A DNA stretch of 64,000 nt from Octopus vulgaris (taxonomy: Eukaryota), in assembly GCA_951406725.2 (NCBI GenBank), contig OX597814.1, positions 95,666,001 to 95,730,000 on the forward strand, given 5' to 3'. Within the stretch, counting starts at the first letter, position 1. Every line of letters starts with the position of its first letter. The position numbers and the translations under genes were made by a program. Shown here in pieces: positions 39,309 to 53,345 of this stretch. The notes beneath the pieces were generated by a model. The model saw nothing but the letters and a program-made list of their open reading frames with translations. It was not told the origin of the DNA and did not search any database.

Positions 39309-40734
39309 AAATTTTCATAACTTTATTTATACCTTATAAACGAATATTCCATTATTTTATTAACTATAAACTTATCTTATTTATATTTAAACTTCCCCTA
39401 TGATCTCTATTTAATTTATTCATTGATTGTTCTAATTATATTTACCAACTCTATCTTATCAACAATCAACCTGTAAACTCCATGCCCGAACATATAAAAA
39501 TACAAATCATAAACAGTATCATTCAGTCTGCTATAATGAATCCATAAACACATATAAAACATCCAAGGGTATATTCCCCCCCACCTCTGAAGATATTATG
39601 CTCATGTCAATTTAATATTTACTAAGTATTAATTGAAACAGCAGTAAGTGACAATGATTAATTTGCTGTTAATAATAAACAATTATTAATTTCCTAATCT
39701 CTATTTTCTTTTTCTTCTCATTTATTTATATATAGGTACACTCGCACATTACATATATACACAAGAAGCATTCCTTTATGGAATTAAGTATAGACAAATA
39801 CAGTAGCAGATGTCTCAAACAACAATTATGAATATATTGAATAGAGACATGAACCCCACAGTGAATGGATGCATTATCAAATATGTAAATGCATTCCTGT
39901 CCTTAAAAATGTTTAGGTAAAAGGCAAAGAATTTTCAAGTACATGAGTGTGAAATACTTTCAGGATCATTTCTTCTGTGCTTAACACAGCAACAATGATA
40001 TTTAGATTTTTCCCTGCTGTTTTACAAACTGTTCTAACCATAGGCTGGCTCCTTAAGGATAAACTACGTTCATCCACAAAATTTGCTTTCCAGAAAGACT
40101 ATCAACTGTCATAAATGTAATTTGGCAAATTCATGTCTAGCAATGATCATATCAGGTTAATATCTATCCTGCAGAACTAGAACCACCATTTTCCTGGTTA
40201 TCAGCATGCTATCTAGTGTTTTTGAAATGCAACTATCACAAATATATTTTGAGACAGTTGCATTTTGTCTTGATATATCTTTAGCAAGCTGACTGATGGA
40301 ATATTGCATATTACCTCATACAAGAAGACATGCATTGCATCATCTACTAGGTTGTGTAATGACTTTTATTTTCCTTGTATTTATATAATGTTTTAAAATT
40401 ATTCTATTTGCAGTTTCCAAATTAATGTTAATAGACTAAACAAAATAGTAGTTTAAGCCACAATTGAGCTGACCATGAAATGGACTGGACATGGGCATTC
40501 TCAGTGTCATATCTACTTGATGCTACTTGTTGGAAAACACTTTAAAGATTATGCAATCTAAAATAGTTTAAGTGAAATGTGCTTACTTTGAAATTGAGAA
40601 TTTCTGAAGTGACAAGTGTTCACTTAGAATTACAAATACTGTGTTATCCACTCATTAACTAGTGTACGTTGAACTATGTAAAATGTTAGAGAAAGAAACT
40701 TAGCTGTTTCTTCCAATGCATACATCTAAAGCAA

Positions 40735-40822
40735 AATTTTTTCAGGGACCCCAATTTACTATTTTGTTACATGAACCACCACCCTACCCCAAAATCTTAT
40801 AGGCCCTGGTTGAGAACCACTG
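40735..40822. mobile_element. hAT-type MITE end
   Basis: ggttgagaaccactg is the reverse of CAGTGGTTCTCAACC, a typical hAT terminus; the other end was not found. Confidence 0.4.
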
Positions 40823-41628
40823 GTATAGATAGTAAAATTGATGATCTGCACAATTCCTACTCACTATCATTGCTTCACAAAATATGCTACTCTATTGTTC
40901 TCTCTCCTACTACATTCAGCAGATACATTTGAGCTGCAATCACAAACCTGCATGCAAGAAGTTTATGACATATACTCATTTCTCTTCAAAGTAGTGGAGA
41001 AATTCAATTCAATAATATGTCTCCAAGTGACAGAACAGGCATTTTCAAGATCAAGATTATATTTCTCTCAACCAGTCTGAGGAATGAATTAAAAAATGTA
41101 CCCATTCTCCCCTTGAGTCACTCACTTTGACTGAAAGATATCTACTTTAATGAAGTGAAGACACTATTTAGAAGGTGACAGTAAATTATCTTTGGCATAT
41201 GGATGTGCAACTCTCCGTAAAATCAAAGCAGATAAACTAGGACAATGTACTGAACTACTCCAGATATAATGTACACACAAGAAACATTTAGCAGGTGAAG
41301 GACAACTAAAAGATAAGCATAAATGACATTTTTCTAAAAATAGATGCAATGATATAGATAGTCATGAGAGATATTTCAGATTTGTTGTATTTTTAATCTT
41401 GTAAACAAACTTTGCAGTTTTCCAAAAACATCAACTTAGAACTTTTTTTATAAGTTCAGGTAGTGTTATAGTACTTATAGGCTTTGCAAATCCTCCCAGA
41501 CTCATATCAATGATGCAGCTGTAACCAAATTCAACAGCTTGTGGTTAGTGGTGAGAAGGAACTAGAGTCAGTTCCAAATGCTTGTAACATAGCAAACTCC
41601 ACTAAGTTTCCCCAAGCATGAAGTGATT

Positions 41629-42084
41629 TTAACCCTTTTGGTACACATTTTTTTTTTTTTTTTGAAATATACTGCTTTTGTTTCAACTGATTTTGAAAAT
41701 ATTGAAGAATTTGGTAAAATAACTGTCTTTATTAAGCTGGTATTTGGAACATAAATTAACAGGAAATTTTGATGGAAGGTTTTAATTTATATCACTTTAA
41801 CCCTTTAGCATTCAGATTATTCTGGCAAATGTAATGCTTATTTATTCAAATTGGTTTGAATTAACCACTCATTATCTCATTGCTTCTAGATTTCAATGAT
41901 GTGAAAGTATATTTTTAAAATGACATAGTATGGTAGGTGTGAGCAGCCAAATTTGGTCAGTTTGAACATAAAACATGTAGAATATTTGGACCTGACAAGG
42001 CCAGTTTAAATGCTAGAAGGTAAAAGCAGGGTATTTGTATCATAGAACTAGAAGATTTTAGGCAAGTTCATATCAAAAAGTTAA
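41629..42084 (+). mobile_element. Nested TTAA MITEs: family A (41797-42024) inside family B
   Basis: Same structure as 9863-10305, opposite orientation. Confidence 0.8.
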
Positions 42085-42879
42085 ACTGTACAACATGTTA
42101 GAGGTACTGACACATTCCAAAAGATTCCCTTTTGGTAACTTTTGGAATATCTGAGCAACTGGATCATTGTATAAGTGGCTAAGAGCTTACTTTATAATGT
42201 ACTGAAAGGTCAATGCATCTAAATACCAGATATAATGTTTTAGATGTTTAGTTTTCTTGACAATGTTGAGTTACTGTGATTTTAAACTGAAATAGTCGTT
42301 AGATGTGTCTACTGTTATGCAACATCACAGAGCAGATGGCCAAATAGTTTTGTAAGTTATAGTAAAGAACCAGCTGACAATACTGTTTATTGCTCATCTC
42401 TTAAAATTAGATTCATTGGTTGAAAGATACCTTATATCATCATCATCATTTAACATCCACTTTTCCATGCTTGCATAAGTCAAACAGAATTTGTTAAAGC
42501 AGATATTCTATGGCTAGATACCCTTCCTGTCACAGCCAGACATGCTTTTCATAGAAGACTGAAAATGAACAACATCACTGGTGCATGTTTACAACCATGA
42601 TGTCATGGCAAGGATACATGCCAACACACACACACACAGTTCTTTAAGTTTCTTTTTACCAAATCTATTCACAAAGCTTTAGTCAGCCTAGGGCTACAAT
42701 AGAAGACACTTGCTCAAGTACTGTGCAATGAGACTGAACCCAAGACTATATAATTGAGAATCAAGCTTCTTAACCACACAGCCATGTCTGAACCTCCACG
42801 AAGCTACATCCATTTGATAATTATATTATCTTTAAAAGTTTGTAATTACAACGCAAAGCAGAAGTACAAGAATAAGAAA

Positions 42880-43700
42880 GTTAGAGACATTAAGTTGATG
42901 GACCAAGTTATGGAAGTTACTGAAAAAGTCATAGCACAACTGATAAAGAAAAGAATTAACCTGGATGAGACACTGTTTGGGTTTGTGTCAGGAGGAAGGA
43001 TTACTGATGCCCTTGCCCAAGAAAGACAAAGCTAAGAGTAAGCTGCCATACCTATCATTTGTTGACATAGAAAAGGCCTTGAGAAGGTTTTCCCACTGTA
43101 ATCTGATAACTTCCAAGATAACTAGGGACCACTGAAAGATCTGTAAGGGCCACAGAAGCACTGTACAGATATACAGTCATCAAAATGAGAGTTAGTAATG
43201 AATAGAGCAATAAATTTAGCATGCAGGTAAGAGTGCACCAGGGTTCACTTTTCAGATTCTATTTATCATAGTTCTTCAGAAAAAGTATACATGATGATGA
43301 TAGTGAGGAGCAAATTTTGTGGCACTTGAATATAAATTGTGATGCTACATAGTGACAACATGTGAACCTTGAATGTAGAAGATTTGCAGTGACTAAAAAG
43401 AAAAGTACTCCATTGGATGTGTAATGATATGCATGAATGGCAAAGCATAAATGAGCCAAGTGAAAAGCTGGATGTAAAAGAAATCTAACTGTATGCAAGA
43501 GAGACAACTGGCACATGGAAGATGTTAGCAATATAAAGTAATGTTGAGCAATTGAAGTGGCTGGAATCTATAGAAGAGTGAGACAAAGTAATGGAGGCTG
43601 ATCTCAAGAAGCTGAACCTTATGAAGGAGATGATTAACTGTGATGATTGGTGATGCAATACTGGAAAAGGCTTGCTCTGTGGTGCAAGCATGGCAAAACA
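42880..43700 (+). mobile_element. Old RTE LINE RT fragment
   Basis: IKLMDQVMEVTEKVIAQLIKKRINLDETLFGFVSG matches IKLLDQVMKVTERVIAQLIRERVSLDEMQFGFVPG in the young copy. Confidence 0.8.
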
Positions 43701-46169
43701 AATGTTAAAATAATAGTTACAGTGATGGAGGTTTGGATACCTATCTATATTGGGTCTCCCACCCATCTTATTCCTATTAAATTTCTATCAACTGCCCTCT
43801 TACCCTCAATCCCAATTAAGCATGCCACCTATGATATTTGATTAGTTTGATCAATGATGCTTGAATAACAAAGAGCCAGCATGAGATTACTCCACATGTA
43901 CACTTATCTTCATTCCTTCACTATTTGCTATTGTTTTCATCCTCTCTGGTTCACGTGACCTTTCTCGACATCTATCATTCTCACCATCACCCATCATGAG
44001 CTCTCTTACCGTGGCCCATCTTTATTTATATCTCATCATGCATCAGGTTTCTTATACAATCTCCTTACAACAATCAATAAGTAGCTATCACTAATGCTTC
44101 CATTACACCCTGCCTACCATTCTATCACGTTCTTTTCTTCTACCCTCTTATTCATACTATCAGTCATGTTTGCTTTGAGAAAAAAAAAAAACAGGACAAT
44201 GTAAAGTACAGAGATAAAGGCAACTTTAGTATTAGTGCCCTGAGAAAATGCACCCAGTCCACCCTGGAAAGTGGTTGGTGAGGGTAGGGTAGAGAGATCT
44301 TTAATTTTGCTAAATATATGACAACCTCTTTAGAGCCGATACTATAAAATGTACCCAGTGTACTCCACTGAGTGATGGGTATCGGATGGGTATCCAGCCA
44401 TAAAAACCATGCCAAAAATCTAATGCATATGTTAGACAAGGTCCTCCAGGTAGAAGGATACAGATTCTGAATAAGATTTGACTCAAATCATGACGACCTG
44501 GCCAACCCATACCAGCATAGAAAAGTGGACATAAAATGATGATTATGATGATATTATACTCATTCTAAGTTTTTAGAATTTACAATTGAGGCAGTTGATA
44601 TCCCTCACCTGAAATGTCATCACTTTCCTTCACTGGAAAAAAAAAACCCTAACCATACAAAGTCTATCAGGGTGAGAGAACCAGAATTGAAACTTCTACA
44701 AACAAGCACTTTTCTCTTGATGGTTTACATTTGTTTCTTTGTCTGCATGTACAGGCAAAAGCCACAGTATTGTTATACTATCATTTCAAAACATTATGTG
44801 GAGTATATCTGTACCATTTAGTTTCAATGTCAGATATCAAACATTGGTGGTTTCCAATCTGTCTACTTCTTTATTGCTTTTATGGACACAAATATTATTT
44901 AGAATGCACATCATGAAACCACATACTCAATTATTTTTCTGGTGCCCACAAGGTCCAATCCTTTGAATTTTTTTAAAATATATCATTTTTATGCAATTTT
45001 TCTTATGGTCAGGCACTAATCTTACTGCTATCAGGTTTTCAGCTACAGCTTTTTTAACCTGAGCCTTAGAACCAACGGTGTGAGACTTAATAATGATGTG
45101 ATGGCTATTTCTACTTAAAATGAATTAACAATTCAAAGGTGTTCCAATACTACCTCCTTATTGCTGTTTTTTTTTTATAATTTGCAATTTTTGATTCTTT
45201 CTTTTATGCCAACCTTCTTAAAAAACAAAATTATTTGCATTTTTCTATTCTTTCCACATCATCATTCTCTATTTAGAGTTACTGTACACCTAGTTGGGTA
45301 AGAGGACCACATCCCTTTCATAAATTAAATTTTAGTTAAGGTTTATATGGTTGGATGCGCTTCCTAATGCCATCTGAGTCTACAGGGTGCGTTGGTACGA
45401 ACACTAAAGAGTTGTCATAGTTAAGGGGTCCTCTCAACCCTACATTGTCTCCACTCATATGCCAACCACTTTACAGTTACCACGTGTCCATAAGGTAGGA
45501 GTCCTCACAACTCTTCAGAGAAAGAAAATGAATTTGGATGAGTGGATAAAAGAAGATAATGTATGATAGAAGTAAAGTGATTGGGATGAAAAGGTGGTGG
45601 AGGAAGGAGTAATAAAAGAGATAGAATTGACATGGCATAATGGAAGATAGTGATGTAGCTACATGTTTGCAGGTGAGGTTGAAACTCACTCACTCACAGA
45701 TAGTAAGGGATTAGTGATAAGAAGAGAGAATGAATGACAGATGTCAATATACTGGACTAGGTGGGACAAAGTGCATAAGGAGTGGTGCCCAGCAGCACAG
45801 AAAGATGATGTTAGGCTGTACCAGATATATGTAGATCTGATTCAATCCTTCACAAACATTCCTTTTTGGAAGAGAAGTAGCAGAATAGTGATGGTAGTAG
45901 GTATTGAAGGGACAGGTTTAACACCATATTTCATCACAAAGGCAGCATGATGCAGTGATTAAGAAAGATCAGTCTACTGCCACTCCTAGTCAATCAGAGA
46001 ATAGAAGAAAGTGAATGGAGAGAGAGAGAGAGAGAGAGAGGTCGTGCGAGAGATGAGAGTATCAAAGAAGAAGGATAGCAGATGGAGACTGAATAGAGAC
46101 ATACTGGGCAAGAGAGCCAAATCTAGATATACTTCATCATTCTTAGATGGATAGGAGGATTTTCTCCAA

Positions 46170-47030
46170 CACCTCACATTACCAATCATTAGTTCTGTCA
46201 TCTTTAAGAGGTTCAGTATCTTGACATCATCAGCCCTCATTACTTCATTCAAGATCATCCTACGTCTCTTTCTTCCAGAGGTTCCAACCACTTCTTAAAA
46301 CAGCTTCCATATATGTCACATGCCCATACAAGTGTCTTCCATCTTGCACATTATATCTTATTTCCCTTTTCTCTTAGTTTGTGCTGTCATTCATAAACAC
46401 TAACGCAGCATATCCAGTGGATCATGTTCACTTCATTTCTTTCAAGCCTTCAAGATCCACATCTCACTGTCATTTATACATGGGCAGCATAAAATCTGCC
46501 CTTTACTATAAGACACACATCCTTTGTTACAAGTAGAGTTAACAGTCCCTTGAATATTTCCATCCCCTTCTTACTCTTGTTCCTATGTTTTCAGAAAACA
46601 CACTATTAGCTTATCCAGCAAGCTTTATTAAGCTATCAACAACTACTAGAGGGCTTCCCTCTTACTGAAAGGTAACCATTTTACATGTGCTCTTAGCACA
46701 TGCTGCTCCTATATATCTACTGCATACAAAGTCTACCTTCTCCAATAACCTACTTGTAATCACACTACACTATTGTACATCTATAGTTTACACTAGGTAC
46801 ACATCATATAAAATTTCCATCTACTCTTCTGCATATCATGCATGGCTATTTCCTCGATGTTGCATGGTCCCGTCTTCTTTCTTACTTATTAAAACTTTAG
46901 TCTTTACTAAGTTTATTTTGAGGCCACTTGATTCTAGATTTCATTTCCATATCTTGAATATCTCCTACAAATTGTAGGTCAATTGTAAGAACTAGGTCAT
47001 AAATTCCAGATATCTAGCCTTAAACTCCTA
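46170..47030 (-). mobile_element. Old RTE LINE C-terminal ORF fragment
   Basis: Degenerate TKVLISKK...PC and GTSGRKRRR remnants collinear with the young copy. Confidence 0.6.
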
Positions 47031-47530
47031 TTAACCCTTTCGTTACTATATTTCTGACCAAAATACACCCCTTATGTGTTTCAATTAATTTCTAACATAA
47101 TCATAAATTTAGTCTGGTTTCATTAAACAACTATAACTTTTTTATTTATCAATATATTAACGTGAATTTTGGAAGATAATTTAATGAAATGTTCTCAACC
47201 AATTCTATACTATAATTTTTGTCACAAAGTGACTCTAATTGCAGGTAGATACAGGTAAATTCAACAAAATATAAAATTATTAAAATTTTGTTCAAACATC
47301 GCTGTAGAAAATGGGTTATTAGCTAATATTCAATTGGGTATACAACAAAATTTTACGATAGAATTTGTTATTCTGGGTAACTTTCTGATACCCATAATAA
47401 TATTGCAGGTCCAGTATCCATATATAAGCTTTTTCTATGGCTTGTGTGGTGGCATATGTTATGAATCAGAGTGTGTAGAGTTTTCATGCTTGAAAACTCA
47501 TGCTAGTATCTCAAAGGAAGTTTAATATTA
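47031..47530 (+). mobile_element. TTAA/piggyBac-type element related to family B, one end visible
   Basis: ttaaccctttcgttactatatttctg start; the second TIR was not found. Confidence 0.5.
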
Positions 47531-48636
47531 AAATTTTGTAATCATTCAGTAGAAAAAAAAAACAATATTCTTTTGCCCATTATCTGGGAATTATGTACAT
47601 TGCTTTCATTTTCTTACCCTCTGAATTGTACTAAACATCAAGGACATTAAATCTGCATGGCTGCAGTACATTTATCCTCATGATTACACACACTTTTTTT
47701 TCTTTAAACCCTAACTCATCCTCCATGGCAGAAGTATTAAGACTGCATCCCCTGGTGAAGAGGATCCATCTGCAAAAGTCCTGTGCCAGTGCTATGTAAA
47801 AAGCACTCAAGCTGGTACTATATAAGAGCACTCATGCTAGTGACATGTTAAAAGCACTCAGCACAAACTGTAAAGTGGTTAGCATTAGGAAGGGCACCCA
47901 ACTATAGAAACCAAACCAAATCAGACTGGAACCTGGTGCAGCTTCCCAGCTCTGGTCAAACAGTTCAACCCATGCCAGTATGGAAAACAGATATTAAAGG
48001 ATGAGGGTGATGATTGTCATTTGTGGTGTAGCTAGTTTGATAATTCATTTGTTCATCTCCACACAACAATGTAAACAAATAATAGGCATTAGGACAGGAA
48101 GATTAGCTAAGTTTGTTCTGTATATGTTACAACTTATGTAAGAAGCATTGCTTTGCCATGAAATAATCAGTCCATGCTTTACTAGTTCTTTTCCTAACTT
48201 TATTGGATTTTTATTACAACTTTTAGCAACTTTAATTGCTAAACCACAAGTCGTATGGTGACTGTTAGCTTATTGAAATTTCTTTTGATTTCAATATAGG
48301 ACAAAGTGTGTAACTTACCACATTAATAAACTCACTTTAATGTACACTGTCCACCTTTTGTCACCTATGCTAGCTGCATAAATGTTTGAAACTTACTAAC
48401 TTCTTACGCTTGGCCTTCTGGATTGTATTTATTACTATTATAAAATCATCATCGTTATCATCATATAACCATTTTCCATGCTTGTATGAGTTGGCCAGTT
48501 TGACAGGAGCTGGCAAGGCCAGGAGCCACACCAGCTTCCATAGTCTGTTTTGGCTTGCTTCTACTTCCTAATGCCAACCACATTATAATGTACTAGGTTC
48601 TTTTTACATGGTACCATCACCAGTGCTTATGCTTTT

Positions 48637-51062
48637 ATCATCATCATCGTTTAACGTCCGTTCTCCATGCTAGCATGGATTGGACGGTTCGACCGGGGAT
48701 CTGGGAAGCCAGAAGGCTGCACCAGGCTCCAGTCTTATCTGGCAATGTTTCTACAGCTGGATGCCCTTCCTAACGCCAACCACTCTGTGAGTGTAGTGGG
48801 TGCTTTTTACGTGCCACCCACACAGGTGCCAGGCAAGGCTGGCAACAGGCACGGTCGGATTGGTGCAATTTATGTGCCACCGGCACGGAAGCCAGTCGAG
48901 GCGGCGCTGGCATCGGCCACGATTTGGATAGTGCTTTTTACGTACCACCAGTCCAGGGGTCCTGGCATCTGCCGGGTGCCAGTCATAGGATTGGTTCAAT
49001 TTCGATTTCACTTGCCCCAACATGTCTTCGCAAGCAAAGGGGGTTGGCATGGGTGCCTGTCGTCGGATGAGGTTCGATATCGACTTCGCTTGCCTCAACA
49101 GGTCTTTGTGTCCAAGGGAGGAAAGGCATGCATAAGTGGGCTGGGCTCACTTGTCCTGCCTGGTCTTATCACGTACAGCATATTTCCAAAGGTCTCGGTC
49201 GCTGGTCATTTCCTCAGTGAGGCCTAAAGTTCAAAGGTCGTGCTTCACCACCTCGTCCCAGGTTTTCCTGGGTCTACCTCTTCCACGGGTTCCCTCAACT
49301 GCTAGGGATTGGCACTTTTTCACACACCTATCTTCATCCATTCTCGCCACATGACCATACCAGCGCAATCATCTTTCTTGCACACCACAACTGATGCTTC
49401 TTAGGTACATTTCTCTCAAGGTACTAACGCTCTGTCGAGTATGTACACTGACATTACACATCCATCGGAGCATACTGGCTTCATTCCTCGCGAGCTTACG
49501 CATGTCCTCAGCAGTCACGGCCCATGTTTCACTGCCATGTAGCATGGCTGTTTGTACACATGCATCATACAGTCTGCCTTTTACTCTGAGCAAGAGGCCT
49601 TTAGTCACCAGCAGAGGTAAGAGCTCCCTAAACTTTGCCCAGGCTATTCTTATTCTAGCAGTTACACTTTCAACGCACCCACCCCCACTACTGACTTGGT
49701 CACCTAGATAACAGAAGCTATCAACTACTTCTAGTTTTTTCCCCTGGAAAGTGACGGAAGTTGTTTTCTGCAGATTTTCGGAGGTTAGTGCTCCCGAGCA
49801 TCTGCCACATACAAAAACTATCTTCCCAGTTAGCCTACCTTTGACATTGCTGCACCTCTTATGTGTCCATAGCTTACACTGGGTACATCTTATAGAGTTT
49901 CTACCTACACCTTTTCTACAGATCGAGCAGGGCCATCTTCCTGAAGACATTTGTGGATTGTCTACCTTCCTACTTATTAGTACTTTGGTTTTAGTTGGGT
50001 TGACTCTAAGGCCCCTCGATTCTAAACCCTCCTTCCACACCTGGAACTTCTCCTCCAGTTCTGATAGTGACTCAGCAATTAGAGCAAGGTCGTCAGCATA
50101 GAGGAGCTCCCAGGGGCAACCTGTCTTGAATTCCTCCGTAATTGCCTGGAGGACTATGATAAATAGGAGAGGGCTGAGTACTGAACCCTGGTGGACCCCA
50201 ACCTCTACTTTGAATTCTTCTGTGTACATGTTGCCAACCCTAACCTTACTTACGGCATCTCTGTACATGGCTTGCACAGCCCTCACCAACCATTCATCTA
50301 TCCCTAGTTTCCTCATTGACCACCAGATAAGGGATCGGGGGACCCTGTCAAAGGCTTTCTCCATGTCAACGAAAGCCAGGTACAGGGGCTTATCTTTGGC
50401 TAGGTATTTCTCCTGCAGCTGCCTTACCAGGAATATAGCATCAGTGGTACTTTTCCCTGGCACGAACCCAAACTGCATCTCATCTAAACTAACTCTCTCT
50501 CTAATTAGTTGGGCTATGACCCTCTCCGTAACCTTCATTACCTGATCCAACAGCTTGATACCTCTGTAATTATTTGTATCTAAAGCGTCACCTTTACCTT
50601 TGTAGCAGTTGACTAGTATGCTGCTACACCAGTCATTGGGTATGACTCCTTCGTGTATCACCTGGTTGACTATACGGGTGACTAGGTTATAGCCAACACT
50701 GCCAGATATTTTGAGCATCTCTGCAGTAATTCCTGATGGGCCTGGGGCTTTCCCTGTCTTCATGCTTCTAATTGCTTTAACTACCAAAGAATTTTCAACT
50801 CGGATGGCTGGTCCCTCTGTTGGGTTGACATTCGGCAGACTCTCTTTATCCCATTCATTTTCTTTATTCAGCAACCTTTCATAGTGGCATCTCCAAACCT
50901 CTCTCTTTGCATCCTCATTTAGCGCAAGTGAACCATCATCCATGCGAACACACTTCTCTCCTACCATATCACGATTCTCTCTCACACACTGTCTTGCAAC
51001 ACGAAATACCTCAAGTCTTTCATCCTCATGGCTCAGAACATTGGCAAATTTTTTCTTATCCA
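48637..51062 (-). mobile_element. Young 5'-truncated RTE-clade LINE (RT ORF, 3'UTR and (GAT)n tail)
   Basis: 564-aa ORF with RT motifs (KAFDRV, QGSVLSP, YADD), the C-terminal RGRPRKTW of RTE, and a 3'UTR ending ggacgttaaacgatgatgat. The endonuclease domain is missing. Confidence 0.95.
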
Positions 51063-51063
51063 C
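49147..51063 (-). pseudogene. RTE reverse transcriptase ORF, disrupted near the C-terminus
   Basis: Premature TGA at 49369-49371 (probably CGA>TGA). The frame continues LRWYGHVARM...RGRPRKTW through a second TGA to the natural stop at 49147-49149. Confidence 0.85.
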
Positions 51064-51995
51064 TTAGTAGCAGTATTACAGAATGTGTGAATTCTATTCC
51101 AATGTGGGATTCACCTAAGCTTCTATATGGTCAATAACTGATTTTTTTTTTTGTATTATTATTTAAGGAAATCTAGAATGTGTGAATGAAGGTGGCTCCA
51201 ATGGTTTAGATGTACTAGTAGTCTAGCAAATGACATATTTGCACTTCTCAGAGTAATAAATAACAAAGGTGAAGAAAAACAAATATTAGTTCTCTACGCT
51301 AATGCATCACTCTTTAACAAGATCTTATGTCTATAGCTAACAGCTAGGTGCACTCATGGAGGGCCATTAGAGACAATGAAGGTACTAAAGAAGTAGTAAT
51401 GCAGTAAGCAAATTTAAGCAAAGACATGACAAATGTCACACATTCAGAGTAGTCAAGACACTACATTGGAGAGAGCTCACTGATCAGTGAAGGTTTGCAT
51501 ACCAAGAGGAGAGAGGCAGTTTTTTTCATGGTTAAGTTAGAATGTGCATACATGACAGTGTACCATCCTTAACACCTACTTGAAGTATTCCTTGGTTCTT
51601 AAAAGGAAACCCAATTTTGTTTAGTAGTCTTCATTGATCAGCCTGAATAGTCACCATAAAAAGTGTAGCAACTGCTACAATACATTTTTAATAACTAAAA
51701 ACCAATATTTAAATGTAATAAAGGAATGGATAAAGTTTTAAAGTAACGGTCTTATTGAAATCTATTGCAAGCATTTCATTGGGTTTTAAAGTTGCCATTT
51801 CTTTTTTTGATGGCATCTAACGCAGAAGATTTATCTGTCACCGTTATTAAAATAATACTAAGCAAGACTGTATTTTTGAAACTAATATTTTCTGGTTAAC
51901 AGGATACTGACTCATGGATATTCAATCAAATGGCAATATTCACGTTAAGATTCTTTTAAAATTATCATTGCACACAATAACAAAAATTAAATTAC

Positions 51996-52045
51996 CTTCC
52001 AGGTTTCCTGATTAGAATAATAATATTTCTGATAAGCTGATAGAG
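51996..52045 (-). CDS. KDM6A: Kdm6a/Utx coding exon 4 (ALSAYQKYYYSNQETWK)
   Basis: ttttatttcag acceptor and AAG|gtaatt donor; 50 nt; matches human ALSAYQRYYSLQSDYWK. Confidence 0.95.
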
Positions 52046-53203
52046 CTGAAATAAAACAAAATATTCAATCATTTCTTATTGAGTAAAATATATATATATA
52101 AAAAACTTTAAGTCTTACTCTTACACAGAATAAAGTACTGAAGCACATTTGGTTTAGTTGTTAGAGCACTACATTACCAGCTTAGTTACTCATATCCCAC
52201 CACCAGAGCTGAATCAGACCAGTCCATCTAGATTCACATAAGTACTGCTTGCAGGGCCAATGAGAGGTGGAGTAAACCAGTACATCAGTATGAAGCCCAA
52301 AGAATTTCTGATAGTGAGAATGAAATCTCATTCTCTTCCAAGAGCAAAATCACCTTGTTCTACTTTGCAAATTTCTTCTTCTAGACCCTGACCTTGACTG
52401 ATCAACACCACTGCCACTACAAGACTGACTTGCCTAAAACACACTTCTTGTACAGAAAAATTCTGTGATGCTTGTTATTTGATAGTTATGAAATGTACAA
52501 TCAGTTATAAGCTGTTAAGTGCATTACTCATCTTTATTTTACATTGATACACTTATATCACTAACAAAAAGCATCAATTCCGTTTTAATTGATAGGTTGA
52601 AAGATTTCAGTATACCTGAGTATACAAAAAGTTTAAAAATAACAAGCATATAAGAAATTTATGAGCTGAAAAAGTAGACAACCAGCCCCAAAACCCAAGA
52701 GTTAGAATATGGCTAAGAAAAATCAAGCCAAACCTTGAAATGTCTATCTAGCTTAATGAATTGTAAAAGTATATTTGCTCCAACAGTCCATACATACATA
52801 CATAAACAAAAAATTCAGAATCAACCCATGCTAACAAGAAGAAATTATATAAAATTCAAATATTTGCAGTTTTTAATGCTAAATGAACTTATAAATAATC
52901 ATAGATTTTTTTTTACCCTTTTAAATTGATAATTACAATACCTTACAAAATTTTTAATCAACATTCATTAAGTTAGAAAATTCTTTCAATAACTTATAAG
53001 ATTAGTAATAGATCAAATGGTTCTAAAAATCGAAACATGCATCTATTCTTGAGAATGGTACTTTTACCAAAAACTTTTCTGGAAGGATATTGTCCAGTTA
53101 AGTAAACTTCAATAAACCAAGATACGTTTTCTCTAAGTATTTAAAATATTGCAAAATAGAGCAAAAAATGTTATTCAAGGAATTTTATGAAAATATGACT
53201 TAC

Positions 53204-53345
53204 CTTTACTATATTGTTCAAGAAGTAAATGTACATGACCCAATTCACGGTAAATATTAGCAATAGCGGGATCCTTGCCTTTTGATGAATCTTTCGTAAG
53301 CAGAATTGCATGTTCTTGGATTTTCTGTTGATAATATATAATACC
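53204..53345 (-). CDS. KDM6A: Kdm6a/Utx coding exon 3 (GIIYYQQKIQEHAILLTKDSSKGKDPAIANIYRELGHVHLLLEQYSK), start of TPR region
   Basis: cctatttcag acceptor and AAG|gtaagt donor; 142 nt, phase 0 to 1; ELGHVHLLLEQYSK resembles human QLGHFNLLLEDYPK. Confidence 0.95.

Noticed and set aside
38521-39403. Several 64-148 aa ORFs
   Set aside because: Derived from the RTE 3'UTR and TA/TG microsatellites.
48667-50545. Plus-strand ORFs of 72-186 aa
   Set aside because: Antisense shadows of the RTE ORF and 3'UTR.
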